From Bacteroidota bacterium (GTDB taxonomy: Bacteria; Bacteroidota; Bacteroidia; Flavobacteriales_D; Crocinitomicaceae): a stretch of DNA of 64,000 nucleotides. Position 1 is the stretch's first letter. Every line of letters starts with the position of its first letter. The notes below the pieces were generated by a model. It saw nothing but the letters and a program-made list of their open reading frames with translations. It had not been told where the DNA came from and did not search any database. This document shows positions 29,255-38,548 of this stretch, one piece after another. The translations under genes and the position numbers were made by a program. The stretch spans positions 22,523 through 86,522 of the forward strand of contig JAJRQK010000025.1 of assembly GCA_024280295.1 (NCBI GenBank), in the 5' to 3' direction.

Positions 29255-29905
29255 ATGGATAGTAATTGTGAGATATATATTTATCAACTTTCGTTAACTA
29301 GCGAAGTAGAATATAAGAGATTTCAAAATATCAACGAGTAATTTCAATATGCAATATTGAGTCATCACATTGGAAGAAGAATTGAAAAAGATGATATCAA
29401 TGTGAATGAGTTTGGGAAACCATATTTTGAAGCGAAAGACATAAAACACATCCACTTTAATATAAGTCATACCAAAGATGAAATTGTTCTTGCTATTGCA
29501 CCCTTTAAACTGGGGATAGATCTTGAAAGAATACAAATGGATTATGATGCACGACTATTATCTAGGGTTGTTAATCTAGAAGATCAATTAAAGATTAATT
29601 CGGCAGTTAATTTTTATGAACTATGGACAATAAAAGAAGCATACGTGAAATTGATAGGCAAGGGGCTTCAGTTGCCATTGAAAGGTGTCATTGTTAGAAA
29701 GAATAGAAGTAACGGATATGTGGTTAGTTCTTCTGAATTCAGTGCAGAAGTAATTGAAATAGAAATTTTAAAGAATCATGTTTGTCATGTTGCATCCGAA
29801 GAGTTATCAAACACAATCTTTAAGATTGTAACTCTTTCGAATTGTGTGGAAATACTTTCGAATCATCTAACTAAGAATGATAAAAAGTTGAGATCAAATT
29901 CGTGA
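29255..29905 (+). pseudogene. Sfp-type 4'-phosphopantetheinyl transferase interrupted by an in-frame TAA at 29339-29341
   Basis: Downstream of the stop are PPTase motifs: FGKPYF, FNISHTKDEIVLAI, GIDLERI, WTIKEAYVKLIGKG. The same frame upstream reads ATG(29255) MDSNCEIYIYQLSLTSEVEYKRFQNINE*FQYAILSHHIGRR, which aligns by eye with the Sfp N-terminus. Confidence 0.7.
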
Positions 29906-31001
29906 TTTCTATTACTTGGCTCAAGTCTAATTCAACATAGAGAGGTAATCGCAATAACGTTTGGGAATAACGTTCAGCGTTTGGTAAAACAAATGTTTCA
30001 GTTGACTTACCTTGAGCATAAGGACTCGAATGGAGAGGTGAATAGTGAAACACAGCCATAATGTTGTTCTTTTTTAAAAAGGAAATAAGGTCATCTCTTT
30101 CATATTGTGAAGCACAAAGAATATAGAAAATATGATAATTATTCGACTGATAATCCTCTAAAGTGGTGAGCTTTATTTTTCCGGATTTCTCCAGGTTTCG
30201 AAGTTGTTTCTCATAAGTTTTCCAGATTAATTTACGCTTATATTGAATAAACTCAATGGACTGTAATTGCGCAAATAATAAACAAGCAGTTATTTCTGAT
30301 GGATAGAAATTTGATCCGAGATCTACCCATTCATACTTCGGAATAATTCCTCTTTGCATATCAAGCTGGTTTGTTCCTTTCACCCATACTTTTTCCGCAC
30401 GATTAATCATTGAGTGATCATTGATCACAAGCATTCCGCCTTGACCAGAACTAATGTTTTTGGTTTCATGAAATGAAAAAGCTGCAAAATGACCAGAAGT
30501 TCCAAGAAACCTATCCTTATATCGACTTGTGATACTATGCGCAGCATCTTCGATGACAAAAAGCTTGTGCCGATTCGCCAATGCCATAATTGCGTCCATG
30601 TCACAAGCTAAACCTGCATAATGCACCACTATTATTGCCTTTGTTTTGGAAGTAATAAGTTGCTCTATCCGCTGTACATCTATATTTGGACTTGACACCT
30701 CACTATCACAAAAAATGATTTTTGCTCCGCGGAGCGCAAAGGGAGTAGCTGTAGAAACAAATGTATACGATGGAATAATAACCTCATCGCCCTCTTTAAT
30801 ATCGCAAAGTAAAGAAGCCATTTCTAATGCAGAGGTTGCGCTATTAGTTAGAAAACAATTCTTAAATCCAAAATACTCATTGAAAAAGGTGTGACATTTA
30901 TTAGTGAAATAACCATTTCCAGAGAATTTTCCTTTACTCAAGGCTTTTTCTATGAGTGCAAATTCATTTCCAGTTAAGTATGGCTTGTTGAATGGAATCA
31001 T
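29871..31001 (-). CDS. wecE: DegT/WecE-family PLP aminotransferase, probably a dTDP-4-keto-6-deoxyhexose 4-aminotransferase
   Basis: 376 aa. It is collinear with E. coli WecE as I remember it: MIPFNKPYLTG, PSYTFVSTA, VHYAG, EDAAH, PLP lysine in SFHETKNISSGQGG, FHYSPLH, LLRLPLY. Sugar specificity is inferred. Confidence 0.7.
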   Translation of the reverse strand: MIPFNKPYLTGNEFALIEKALSKGKFSGNGYFTNKCHTFFNEYFGFKNCFLTNSATSALEMASLLCDIKEGDEVIIPSYTFVSTATPFALRGAKIIFCDSEVSSPNIDVQRIEQLITSKTKAIIVVHYAGLACDMDAIMALANRHKLFVIEDAAHSITSRYKDRFLGTSGHFAAFSFHETKNISSGQGGMLVINDHSMINRAEKVWVKGTNQLDMQRGIIPKYEWVDLGSNFYPSEITACLLFAQLQSIEFIQYKRKLIWKTYEKQLRNLEKSGKIKLTTLEDYQSNNYHIFYILCASQYERDDLISFLKKNNIMAVFHYSPLHSSPYAQGKSTETFVLPNAERYSQTLLRLPLYVELDLSQVIEITNLISTFYHS

Positions 31002-31059
31002 AGATTAAAGTCGCTTTCTGAACTTTTTGTAAAATAACACAAAATCAGTCGAAATAAGC

Positions 31060-31067
31060 TATATTTG
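31060..31067 (+). promoter_or_regulatory. Possible Bacteroidota -7 promoter box TATATTTG upstream of the ACP gene
   Basis: It matches TAnnTTTG 30 nt upstream of the ATG at 31097, within the 95-bp divergent intergenic region. This rests on the motif match alone. Confidence 0.3.
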
Positions 31068-31096
31068 ATTAATTCATACTGACTAAAATCTGATAA

Positions 31097-31318
31097 ATGG
31101 AAATTAATTTTCCAGAATTTGAAAACATAATTAAAGATCTTTTTGATCCTGAAATCTCTTTTGACCCTTCAATAGTTGAATCCTGGTCTTCTATGCAATC
31201 GTTGATAGTAGTTAGTGCGATTGATGAACACTATAATGTTCTTCTCAGTCATCCAGATCTGAAAGCCGCAAAAACGATACAAGATTTACATAGTATTCTT
31301 CTCAAAAAGTATTCTTAA
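31097..31318 (+). CDS. Acyl carrier protein (polysaccharide-locus type)
   Basis: 73 aa and acidic, with a carrier-protein helix II region ESWSSMQSLIVVSAIDEHY containing the candidate phosphopantetheine serine. It lies immediately upstream of the KAS III gene. Confidence 0.65.
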   Translation: MEINFPEFENIIKDLFDPEISFDPSIVESWSSMQSLIVVSAIDEHYNVLLSHPDLKAAKTIQDLHSILLKKYS

Positions 31319-31319
31319 A

Positions 31320-32336
31320 ATGGCTTTGTTCAAGGTTGAAAACACTAAAATTGTTGGCGTATCAGGCGCAATTCCTAAAAACGAAGTCTCTAATAATGAT
31401 CTTGAAGGGTTAACCAGGCAAGAGATTGACTTACTGATTAAGACAACAGGAATTGAGAATAGAAGAGTAGCAAATAATGCTATTTGTGCTTCAGATTTGT
31501 GTTTTTCGGCTGCTGAAAAATTACTCGAAGAACTCCAATGGGATAAAAATGAAATTGAGGTCCTAGTATTTGTTACTCAAACTCCAGATTATCCAATTCC
31601 AGGAACAAGTATGATTTTACAAGATAGGTTAGACCTACCAAAATCATGCATGACAATAGATATTAATCAAGGTTGCGCGGGATACGTATATGGACTTTCG
31701 GTAATAACTAGTATGATGAGCTCAGGAGGAATTAAAAAAGGGCTATTACTTGTCGGAGATACAATTACCAAATTAATCGATAAAGGAGACAATAGTGTCG
31801 CTCCAATTTTTTCAGATGCGGGAACTGCAACTGCAATTCAATTTGACTCCTCTGCGGAGGAAATGGTCTTCAACTTACAAACCGACGGTTCCGGATTTGA
31901 GGCGATTATTGTAAAGGAAGGAGGAGCTCGAAATCAGAAAATTGAAGGTGGAAATAAAATGCGTATGCGCGGACATGATATTTTTGCTTTCGCGCTGAAA
32001 GAGGTTCTGCCAAATATAAATTCGGTGATAGAGCATGCTGATGCAAACAAAGATCAAATTGATTATTACATATTTCATCAAGCGAATAAACTATTGAATG
32101 AATCTATTCGAAGAAAAATGAGAATTGATTCTTCGAAAGTTCCTTACACATTAAACAAGTATGGAAATACAAGTTGTGCAACAATCCCCTTAACTCTTGT
32201 GAGTGAGTTAAGCGAGGAGGCTCGAAATAAAGCCTTGAATTTGCTAATCTCTGGATTTGGAGTAGGTTTGTCATGGGGAAGTGCTCTCGTAAAAATTTCC
32301 GATATTGTGTGTCCCGAACTAATTGAAGAGGAGTGA
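31320..32336 (+). CDS. 3-oxoacyl-ACP synthase III (FabH-like)
   Basis: 338 aa with the Cys-His-Asn triad context: INQGCAGYVYGL, FHQANKLL, YGNTSCATIPL. Confidence 0.8.
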   Translation: MALFKVENTKIVGVSGAIPKNEVSNNDLEGLTRQEIDLLIKTTGIENRRVANNAICASDLCFSAAEKLLEELQWDKNEIEVLVFVTQTPDYPIPGTSMILQDRLDLPKSCMTIDINQGCAGYVYGLSVITSMMSSGGIKKGLLLVGDTITKLIDKGDNSVAPIFSDAGTATAIQFDSSAEEMVFNLQTDGSGFEAIIVKEGGARNQKIEGGNKMRMRGHDIFAFALKEVLPNINSVIEHADANKDQIDYYIFHQANKLLNESIRRKMRIDSSKVPYTLNKYGNTSCATIPLTLVSELSEEARNKALNLLISGFGVGLSWGSALVKISDIVCPELIEEE

Positions 32337-33244
32337 GTCAAGTTGAATATACTGTAATTGTTCCCGTTTACAAAAGTGTAGATACACTCCAACAATTATT
32401 TGATGGCGTGGAGAAGTGCATGTCTGAATTAAATTTCACATTTGAAATTCTCTATGTTGAAGATTCTGGATCAGAGGACAGCTGGAATGAGCTGCTCAGA
32501 TTAAAAACAATCCATCCAAATCATATTAGAATAATCCGTCTTTCTAGGAATTTTGGACAGAATGGAGCTACACTCTGCGGAATTGATGAGAGTAGGGGTG
32601 AAAAGATTATTACTATTGATGATGATATGCAAACTCCACCAAGTGAAATTGCAAAAATGATCAACTTCTATCAAGAAACAGGGGCGGATGTTGTCTATGC
32701 CAAATACTCTGAAAATAAAACATCATGGTTTCGTCGGTCGGGTAGTAAATTGATGAAGCGAATTTTTAGAAAGAGCGATAGTGGGTCAATAGGGTCGTCA
32801 TTCAGGCTTATTGACACACATATTGTAGATCGATTAAGGTTTCACGCGCAAGATCATCTCTTCATCAACCAGGTGATTTCTTGGTACACATTGAATGCTC
32901 AGTATATAGAAGTAGAGCAAAATGCGCGCGTTTCAGGTAAATCAGGATATTCATTGTTCAGATTGGTAGTAATGTCGCTTCGACTCATCATGTATTATAC
33001 AAGTATTCCAATCAAAATTATGATTACGCTAAGTGTCTTGACAGCAATTGGTATTGCGAGTATGACGGCGTACTATATTTATTACCAGCTTAACAAAGGG
33101 GATTCAGTCGATTTATTTATGATCAGTGTCCTATTAGCAATGGCAGTAATCTCTGCTAGCATTAGTGTTTTTGGTGTTTACATTAATCGTATTTATTCAG
33201 CTAGAGTTAAGAAGCCGAACTATGCGATCAAAGTCAAAATGTAA
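32333..33244 (+). CDS. GT2 polyprenyl-phosphate glycosyltransferase (ArnC/GtrB-like)
   Basis: 303 aa. It has VIVPVYKS, YVEDSGSEDS, DDDMQTPP and two C-terminal TM helices followed by YINRIYSARVKKPNY, the layout of ArnC/GtrB/DPM1-type enzymes. GTGA start-stop overlap with the upstream gene. Confidence 0.75.
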   Translation: MSQVEYTVIVPVYKSVDTLQQLFDGVEKCMSELNFTFEILYVEDSGSEDSWNELLRLKTIHPNHIRIIRLSRNFGQNGATLCGIDESRGEKIITIDDDMQTPPSEIAKMINFYQETGADVVYAKYSENKTSWFRRSGSKLMKRIFRKSDSGSIGSSFRLIDTHIVDRLRFHAQDHLFINQVISWYTLNAQYIEVEQNARVSGKSGYSLFRLVVMSLRLIMYYTSIPIKIMITLSVLTAIGIASMTAYYIYYQLNKGDSVDLFMISVLLAMAVISASISVFGVYINRIYSARVKKPNYAIKVKM

Positions 33245-33825
33245 TGATCCTCAGAAAATATGGAGTTGAGCTTGTTTCAATTACAAAAATTGACCTCGAA
33301 ACAATTAGAGTTTGGCGCAATGATCCGGCAGTGAGTACACGAATGTTTTTTCAAAAAAATATTTCCACAGAGAAACAACAGAATTGGTTTAACTCCCTTA
33401 CCAATTCTGATGTTTATATGATGATTTGTTATGATAATATCCAGATTGGATTAATAGACGTGAAGAATATTGACTTTGAAAATCTAACAGGAGAAGCTGG
33501 AATATTTATTGGAGATAAAGATTACAGACAGTCGTACGTTCCAATGCTCGCAATTCTTTGCATGATGCACACATTTTTCCTCGATTTCGGTTTTATATCT
33601 TTATCGGCTATCCTGCGAAGTGATAATAAAATGGCCCTTAAATTCAATCTTGACCTGGGATATGAAATTGTTTCTAAATCTTCAGATCAAATTAACTTGA
33701 AGGTGAGTAGAGAGGCTTTTTTGAATTATATTGATATCAATCAGTCAACTTATGCCTGTTTTGAGAATGACGAACTAGATCATTCACTTTCTTCAATTGA
33801 AGAAACTCTTTTCCGTTTGAAATAG
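33244..33825 (+). CDS. GNAT-family N-acyltransferase
   Basis: 193 aa with the IRVWRNDPAV motif typical of sugar N-acetyltransferase GNATs (PseH/WecD-like). Its start overlaps the preceding stop. Confidence 0.6.
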   Translation: MILRKYGVELVSITKIDLETIRVWRNDPAVSTRMFFQKNISTEKQQNWFNSLTNSDVYMMICYDNIQIGLIDVKNIDFENLTGEAGIFIGDKDYRQSYVPMLAILCMMHTFFLDFGFISLSAILRSDNKMALKFNLDLGYEIVSKSSDQINLKVSREAFLNYIDINQSTYACFENDELDHSLSSIEETLFRLK

Positions 33826-34682
33826 CTAAAAAATCGTTCCTTTTCTAATCGTAGTGCTAGACGAATAGGAATGCTTGGCTGAAGTCCCCATCGAATCAAT
33901 CTAAGAGGAAGCCATAAATTAGAATAAGGTAACTTTTTGGAGGACATTTTTTTTCGCAAAGGTGAGTTCATTGCCATCCAGAATTGTTTTTGATTGTACT
34001 TGAAGTAGTCTCTTGCTGCTCGACCTCTGAATATTTCCATTCCAATATGAAAGGTCAAAATTTCATCTTCGAATAATCGATAGTTTTTAGCAAGAGCAAA
34101 AATGTTTTGAGCAAATGTGATTCCGATAAATGGAACTCCGATGCAAATCTTCTTCAACTCAAAGTCGAGAAATAAATCACGGTGAAATACGAAACAATCA
34201 AATCCAGGATGTTTCTTCCCTTTTTCTTGGTAAATTTCTTCGAGTTGTTCAACCTTTGTGAAATGTGCTTCAAGCCTCCTCCGATTGATAATAAATGCAT
34301 CCAATCCTTCATTAATGAATCGATTTACTTCAGAATAGAAGTCTAGGTAAACACCAATATCAACATTTGTATAGATCAAATACTCGGCATCACTTTCTTC
34401 AAACAGGCGACGGACAATATCATCAATTAATGGAAGTTTTAGTTGCTTTTCAAAGGTTCCGAAATCGAGTACTGACCGATCTAAATCACGTGTGCTACGA
34501 AATCCATCCACAACCATTTCTTTATCCTCAGGATATTGGGCCGTCCATAACTCAACCTCTACAAGTTCTTTGGCTTCCTCTTTTGCGTGCAGCATAGACG
34601 CAAATGTTATGGGCTGTGCGGTAAACAAATCCGAACTTGAATCAGCATGAAATGGATTTATAATATGAGCTATTTTTCGCAC
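33780..34682 (-). CDS. Hypothetical protein, possibly a GT-A-like glycosyltransferase
   Basis: 300 aa with a GTG start. YTNVDIGV is a possible DxD-like site. The function is not supported beyond genomic context. Confidence 0.4.
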   Translation of the reverse strand: MRKIAHIINPFHADSSSDLFTAQPITFASMLHAKEEAKELVEVELWTAQYPEDKEMVVDGFRSTRDLDRSVLDFGTFEKQLKLPLIDDIVRRLFEESDAEYLIYTNVDIGVYLDFYSEVNRFINEGLDAFIINRRRLEAHFTKVEQLEEIYQEKGKKHPGFDCFVFHRDLFLDFELKKICIGVPFIGITFAQNIFALAKNYRLFEDEILTFHIGMEIFRGRAARDYFKYNQKQFWMAMNSPLRKKMSSKKLPYSNLWLPLRLIRWGLQPSIPIRLALRLEKERFFSYFKRKRVSSIEESE

Positions 34683-34751
34683 GTTTCGATTAATGTCTGA
34701 CCAAAACTACAAATAATCAAGCGATGTAAATCAATTCGTAGTTTGTTTAAT

Positions 34752-35726
34752 ATGTGTACCTTAGAAGCCACATTCTGCGACGTGAATAATTATCCCAAAA
34801 TATCAATTGTCACCGTAAACTTTAACAACGGTGAATTTCTCGAACAGACCATCAAATCGGTTATTGAACAGGAGTACCCTAATCTTGAGTACATCTTGAT
34901 TGATGGCGGTAGTACGGACAATAGTTTGGAAATAATCGAACGTTACGCGGACCATTTTTCTTATTGGATAAGTGAACCAGACGATGGACAATATCAGGGC
35001 ATTCAAAAAGGATTTGAAAAATCGACAGGCGAAATCATGGCGTGGCTGAATTCAGATGATAAATATTTGCCCCAATCGCTTTTCAGTGTAGCTGAAATAT
35101 TTACCAAGTACGAAGAAGTAAATTGGTTGATGGGATTAGCGCGAGAATATACAGAAGATGGTGCTCTTGTTGGTCAAATTACCTTACCATGGTGTCGCTG
35201 GTCAAAATACCGCTACCTCACAAATGATTTCCAATTCATACAACAGGAATCATCGTTTTGGTCGAGAGAGTTATGGGATAAAGTAGGAGCAACCCTCGAT
35301 TTTCAATTTGATTTAGCGGGAGATATGGAGTTGTGGTCACGTTTCTTCCGATTCGAGAAATTGCACACAACGACATTAGAATTATCTGGTTTTCGTCACA
35401 GGAAAGAAGGCCAACGATCAAAAGTAGGAAAGAAGACCTACCTCGAAGAATGTCTTCAAGTGGTTAAACGCGAACAAAAACGCTTATCAATTGGAACTAA
35501 AATAGGCTTACCTTTTCGCTACCTTGCCAAATGGTTTTTTGGCCCCTTCTTCTTTCTTGATTGGCCGTTTTTTAGATGGTTGTATCGACTTTCGTTCAGT
35601 ATTCCAGATGTCATTTATTATGATTTCTATAGCCACAACTTTACCAAAGAATCGAAAATGGTGAAATTGCCGCCAATGATGATAGGAAAAAGACAAGTTC
35701 ACCGTAAAATGTTCTCTCAGAAATAA
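34752..35726 (+). CDS. Glycosyltransferase family 2
   Basis: It has ISIVTVNFNNGEFLEQTIKSVIEQEYPNLEYILIDGGSTDNS and NSDD. I prefer the ATG at 34752 to the TTG at 34743. Confidence 0.8.
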   Translation: MCTLEATFCDVNNYPKISIVTVNFNNGEFLEQTIKSVIEQEYPNLEYILIDGGSTDNSLEIIERYADHFSYWISEPDDGQYQGIQKGFEKSTGEIMAWLNSDDKYLPQSLFSVAEIFTKYEEVNWLMGLAREYTEDGALVGQITLPWCRWSKYRYLTNDFQFIQQESSFWSRELWDKVGATLDFQFDLAGDMELWSRFFRFEKLHTTTLELSGFRHRKEGQRSKVGKKTYLEECLQVVKREQKRLSIGTKIGLPFRYLAKWFFGPFFFLDWPFFRWLYRLSFSIPDVIYYDFYSHNFTKESKMVKLPPMMIGKRQVHRKMFSQK

Positions 35727-36541
35727 TGGGAAAGACAGTCATAAATAATAAATCAGCAAAATTCGGAGAATACCTTCGAAGTATTTATCAATACCGACAA
35801 TTGATCTTCTCTTTTGCGAAACGAGATTTAAAAACTCGGTTTATTCAAACAAAACTAGGTGTGCTTTGGATGATTATCCAACCGTTAATCGCACTAACTA
35901 TTTTTACCATTTTCTTCGACCAATTAATTCAACTCGAAACAGGAGATGCTCCCTACATAGCGTTTGCATTTAGTGGAATGACGATCTGGTACTTTTTCAC
36001 AAACATGGTGAACACTGCTGGAACTGCATTGATTAGTTCGCAAGAATTAATCCGGAAAGTTTATTTCCCCAAAATATTACTTCCAATCTCAAAAATTGCC
36101 GTCGCAACGATTGAATTCTTTGTAGCTTTTTCGCTGCTGATCATCATAATGCTCATTCTTGGCTTGAACTTCTCTCCGAAAATTATCTTTCTACCAGTAG
36201 TAATTGTAATGACAATTCTAGTGGGAAGTTGTGTCGCTATTTGGCTAAATATCCTAACAATCAAGAAAAGAGATTTGCAACACTTGATTCCTTACCTCAC
36301 AAACTTTGGAATATGGGTAACTCCAGTTTTTTACCCAACTACATTGATTCCTGAAGAATTCCGTGATTACATTTATTACGTAAACCCAATTGCAACTACG
36401 ATTGATTTCCTAAGATCCATGCTTTTTGACCTCCCATTTCAATGGATGTACTGCTTGTCGTTTATCCCTGTTTTTATCCTACTTATTCTAGGAATTCGTA
36501 CTTTTAAGAATATTGAAAAAAACATGGTTGACTATCTCTAA
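35726..36541 (+). CDS. wzm: ABC-2 type polysaccharide exporter permease (Wzm/TagG/KpsM-like)
   Basis: 271 aa with six hydrophobic segments and the N-terminal RDLKTRFIQTKLGVLWMIIQPL motif typical of ABC-2 permeases. Confidence 0.8.
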   Translation: MGKTVINNKSAKFGEYLRSIYQYRQLIFSFAKRDLKTRFIQTKLGVLWMIIQPLIALTIFTIFFDQLIQLETGDAPYIAFAFSGMTIWYFFTNMVNTAGTALISSQELIRKVYFPKILLPISKIAVATIEFFVAFSLLIIIMLILGLNFSPKIIFLPVVIVMTILVGSCVAIWLNILTIKKRDLQHLIPYLTNFGIWVTPVFYPTTLIPEEFRDYIYYVNPIATTIDFLRSMLFDLPFQWMYCLSFIPVFILLILGIRTFKNIEKNMVDYL

Positions 36542-36550
36542 ACTTCCGCT

Positions 36551-37600
36551 ATGAGAAAGATATTTAAAAATGAAGAACAACAGAAGCAATTTATCAAAGA
36601 CGGATTTGTGCTGCTTCAATTACTCGATGCAAAAGAGGTTGATACATTGTTAAACTATTACAACAATCAGCAATTTGATAATAAAATTGAAGCTGGATTT
36701 CACATCAGCCTTGACAACGAAAATGAAGATTTAGTAAAGGAAGTTGGATCGAAAATTAAAGAAATTGTTGTTCCGAAAACGTCTGATTTATTGGACAATT
36801 GTAAAGTCTTCACAGCAAGTTATGTGATCAAAGAACCAGGCTTACAAAACATCGTCCCACCTCACCAAGATTGGACTTTTGTGGATGAAAATCAATTCTG
36901 CTCGGCAACTGTTTGGACTGCATTGGTTGATGTGACTGAACAAAATGGAGCACTTGGTGTTATTCGAGGAAGTCACAAAATTTTCGATCACAAACGTTCA
37001 TCACCTTCGCCTCAATCTAAATCACCATTATCTGATCATGTTTTTACATTGTTTCCATTCGTCGAAATCATAGAAATGAAAGCGGGGGAAAGTTTAATTT
37101 TTGATAATCGTCTGATTCATGCGTCTCCACCAAATTTATCTGATCAAGCTCGAATTGCAGTCGGAATTGGAATTACACAAAGTGAAGCACAATTGAAACA
37201 TTATTACCAAAATCCTACTTCTGGAAAGTTGGAAGAATATGAGGTGGATGAGAATTTCTATACATGGTTCAACAACAAGCGACTTTCTGATTTATTTGAT
37301 GAAGGAAAATCACCCAGCGGATTAAAGAAAGTGAGGGAGGTTGAACGTGTAGTTCCCGATTTATCGAAAGAAGAAATGGAAAATCTCGTTCAACAATTAG
37401 ATGGAGTGGAGTACAATCGCCCTTTCATGGAGCGTTTGGCAAAATTGTTTGATTATTCAATCGATGGATCGAAAGGTGAAGATCAAGAACCTGAATTAGT
37501 AGTGACTGAAACATGGACTGATAAACGTTCCTTTTTCCAAAAGTATTCACCTGGAAATGTCGTCAGAGAAGTAAGTTGGAGAATAAAAGGTCGACCATAA
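36551..37600 (+). CDS. PhyH-family Fe(II)/2-oxoglutarate dioxygenase, paralog 1
   Basis: 349 aa with FIKDGFVLL, PPHQDWTFVDE, GALGVIRGSH, LIHASPPN and ARIAV. The C-terminal tail is KRSFFQKY...SWRIKGRP. Confidence 0.8.
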   Translation: MRKIFKNEEQQKQFIKDGFVLLQLLDAKEVDTLLNYYNNQQFDNKIEAGFHISLDNENEDLVKEVGSKIKEIVVPKTSDLLDNCKVFTASYVIKEPGLQNIVPPHQDWTFVDENQFCSATVWTALVDVTEQNGALGVIRGSHKIFDHKRSSPSPQSKSPLSDHVFTLFPFVEIIEMKAGESLIFDNRLIHASPPNLSDQARIAVGIGITQSEAQLKHYYQNPTSGKLEEYEVDENFYTWFNNKRLSDLFDEGKSPSGLKKVREVERVVPDLSKEEMENLVQQLDGVEYNRPFMERLAKLFDYSIDGSKGEDQEPELVVTETWTDKRSFFQKYSPGNVVREVSWRIKGRP

Positions 37601-37609
37601 TTGAAAGCG

Positions 37610-38548
37610 ATGAGAAAGACATTTACAGACCAAGGATTAGAAGAACGTTTTCAAAAAGACGGATACGTTGAAGTACCATTTTTGACCTCCAAAGAAGTTG
37701 AAATGCTGAAAACGTATTACTTTGATTCCTTAAATGAAAGCGGAGGAAGACTTGGGCCTGAAGACGAAAAACACCAATCGAATCAGGAAATCACTTATGA
37801 CTTCACGTTTATCGATAAGAATTCTGACTACAAGCAACAAGTGTTCGATATGATCACAAATGCCTTTATGAAACGAGTGGATGATTACCTATTTGATTAC
37901 AAACCGATCATTGCAAATTTTATCAGAAAGAAAGAGGACGGAGGAGAAGTTCCATTGCATCAAAATTGGGCATTTGCTGATGAACATAAATGTGCAACCG
38001 TCTCAATTTGGTGTCCTCTTGTGGACAGCAATAAAGAAAATGGAACACTCGAAGTTGTACCAGGAAGCCACAAACGCTATGGAGAAGTGCGTGGGCCGAT
38101 GATTAAATCGGAATTGGCTGGAATTTAATCTGAAATTATTGATAAGTATATGCAACCCGTTGAAACAAAAGCTGGAAATGCAGTTATCCTCGACGATAGT
38201 ATCGTTCATTATTCTTCCCCAAATCAAACAGATGGATTGCGTTTGGCGATTCAATTGATCCTAATTCCAACAGAAGAAAAATCAATTCATTTCCACATGG
38301 ACTTGGGTAAAGACAGGTCAAATGTTGAAGTTCTAGAAGTAGATAAAGACTTTTACATGAAGTTTAATCCGTGGAAAAAACCTTCAGAAGACGTGAAGAG
38401 AATAAACTCATTTAAGTACGAACCGTTTGATATGACAATCGAAGAATTCGGTGCTAAATTGAACAAACAGCGTTTCGACGAGAATAACCAGCCAGTTGAA
38501 GCACTATCTTGGTGGAAAAAAGTACGATCTAAATTGGCAGGAGCATGA
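37610..38548 (+). pseudogene. PhyH-family dioxygenase paralog 2, interrupted by an in-frame TAA (38126-38128) and with H-Q-N replacing H-x-D
   Basis: ORFs 37601-38128 and 38150-38548 are in the same frame. The junction reads ...KSELAGI*SEIIDKYMQPVETKAGNAVILDDSIVHYSSPN, collinear with the neighbouring paralogs. The metal motif is PLHQNWAFADE, with AAT at 37964-37966. Confidence 0.75.

Noticed and set aside
29339-38128. Idea that the two in-frame TAA codons (29339 and 38126) reflect stop-codon recoding or reassignment
   Set aside because: TAA terminates many clearly complete genes in this window, for example at 33242, 35724, 37598 and 63728. No other gene shows an internal TAA. The PhyH copy also has a ligand D-to-N change. 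Ordinary nonsense mutations or sequencing errors are the simpler explanation.
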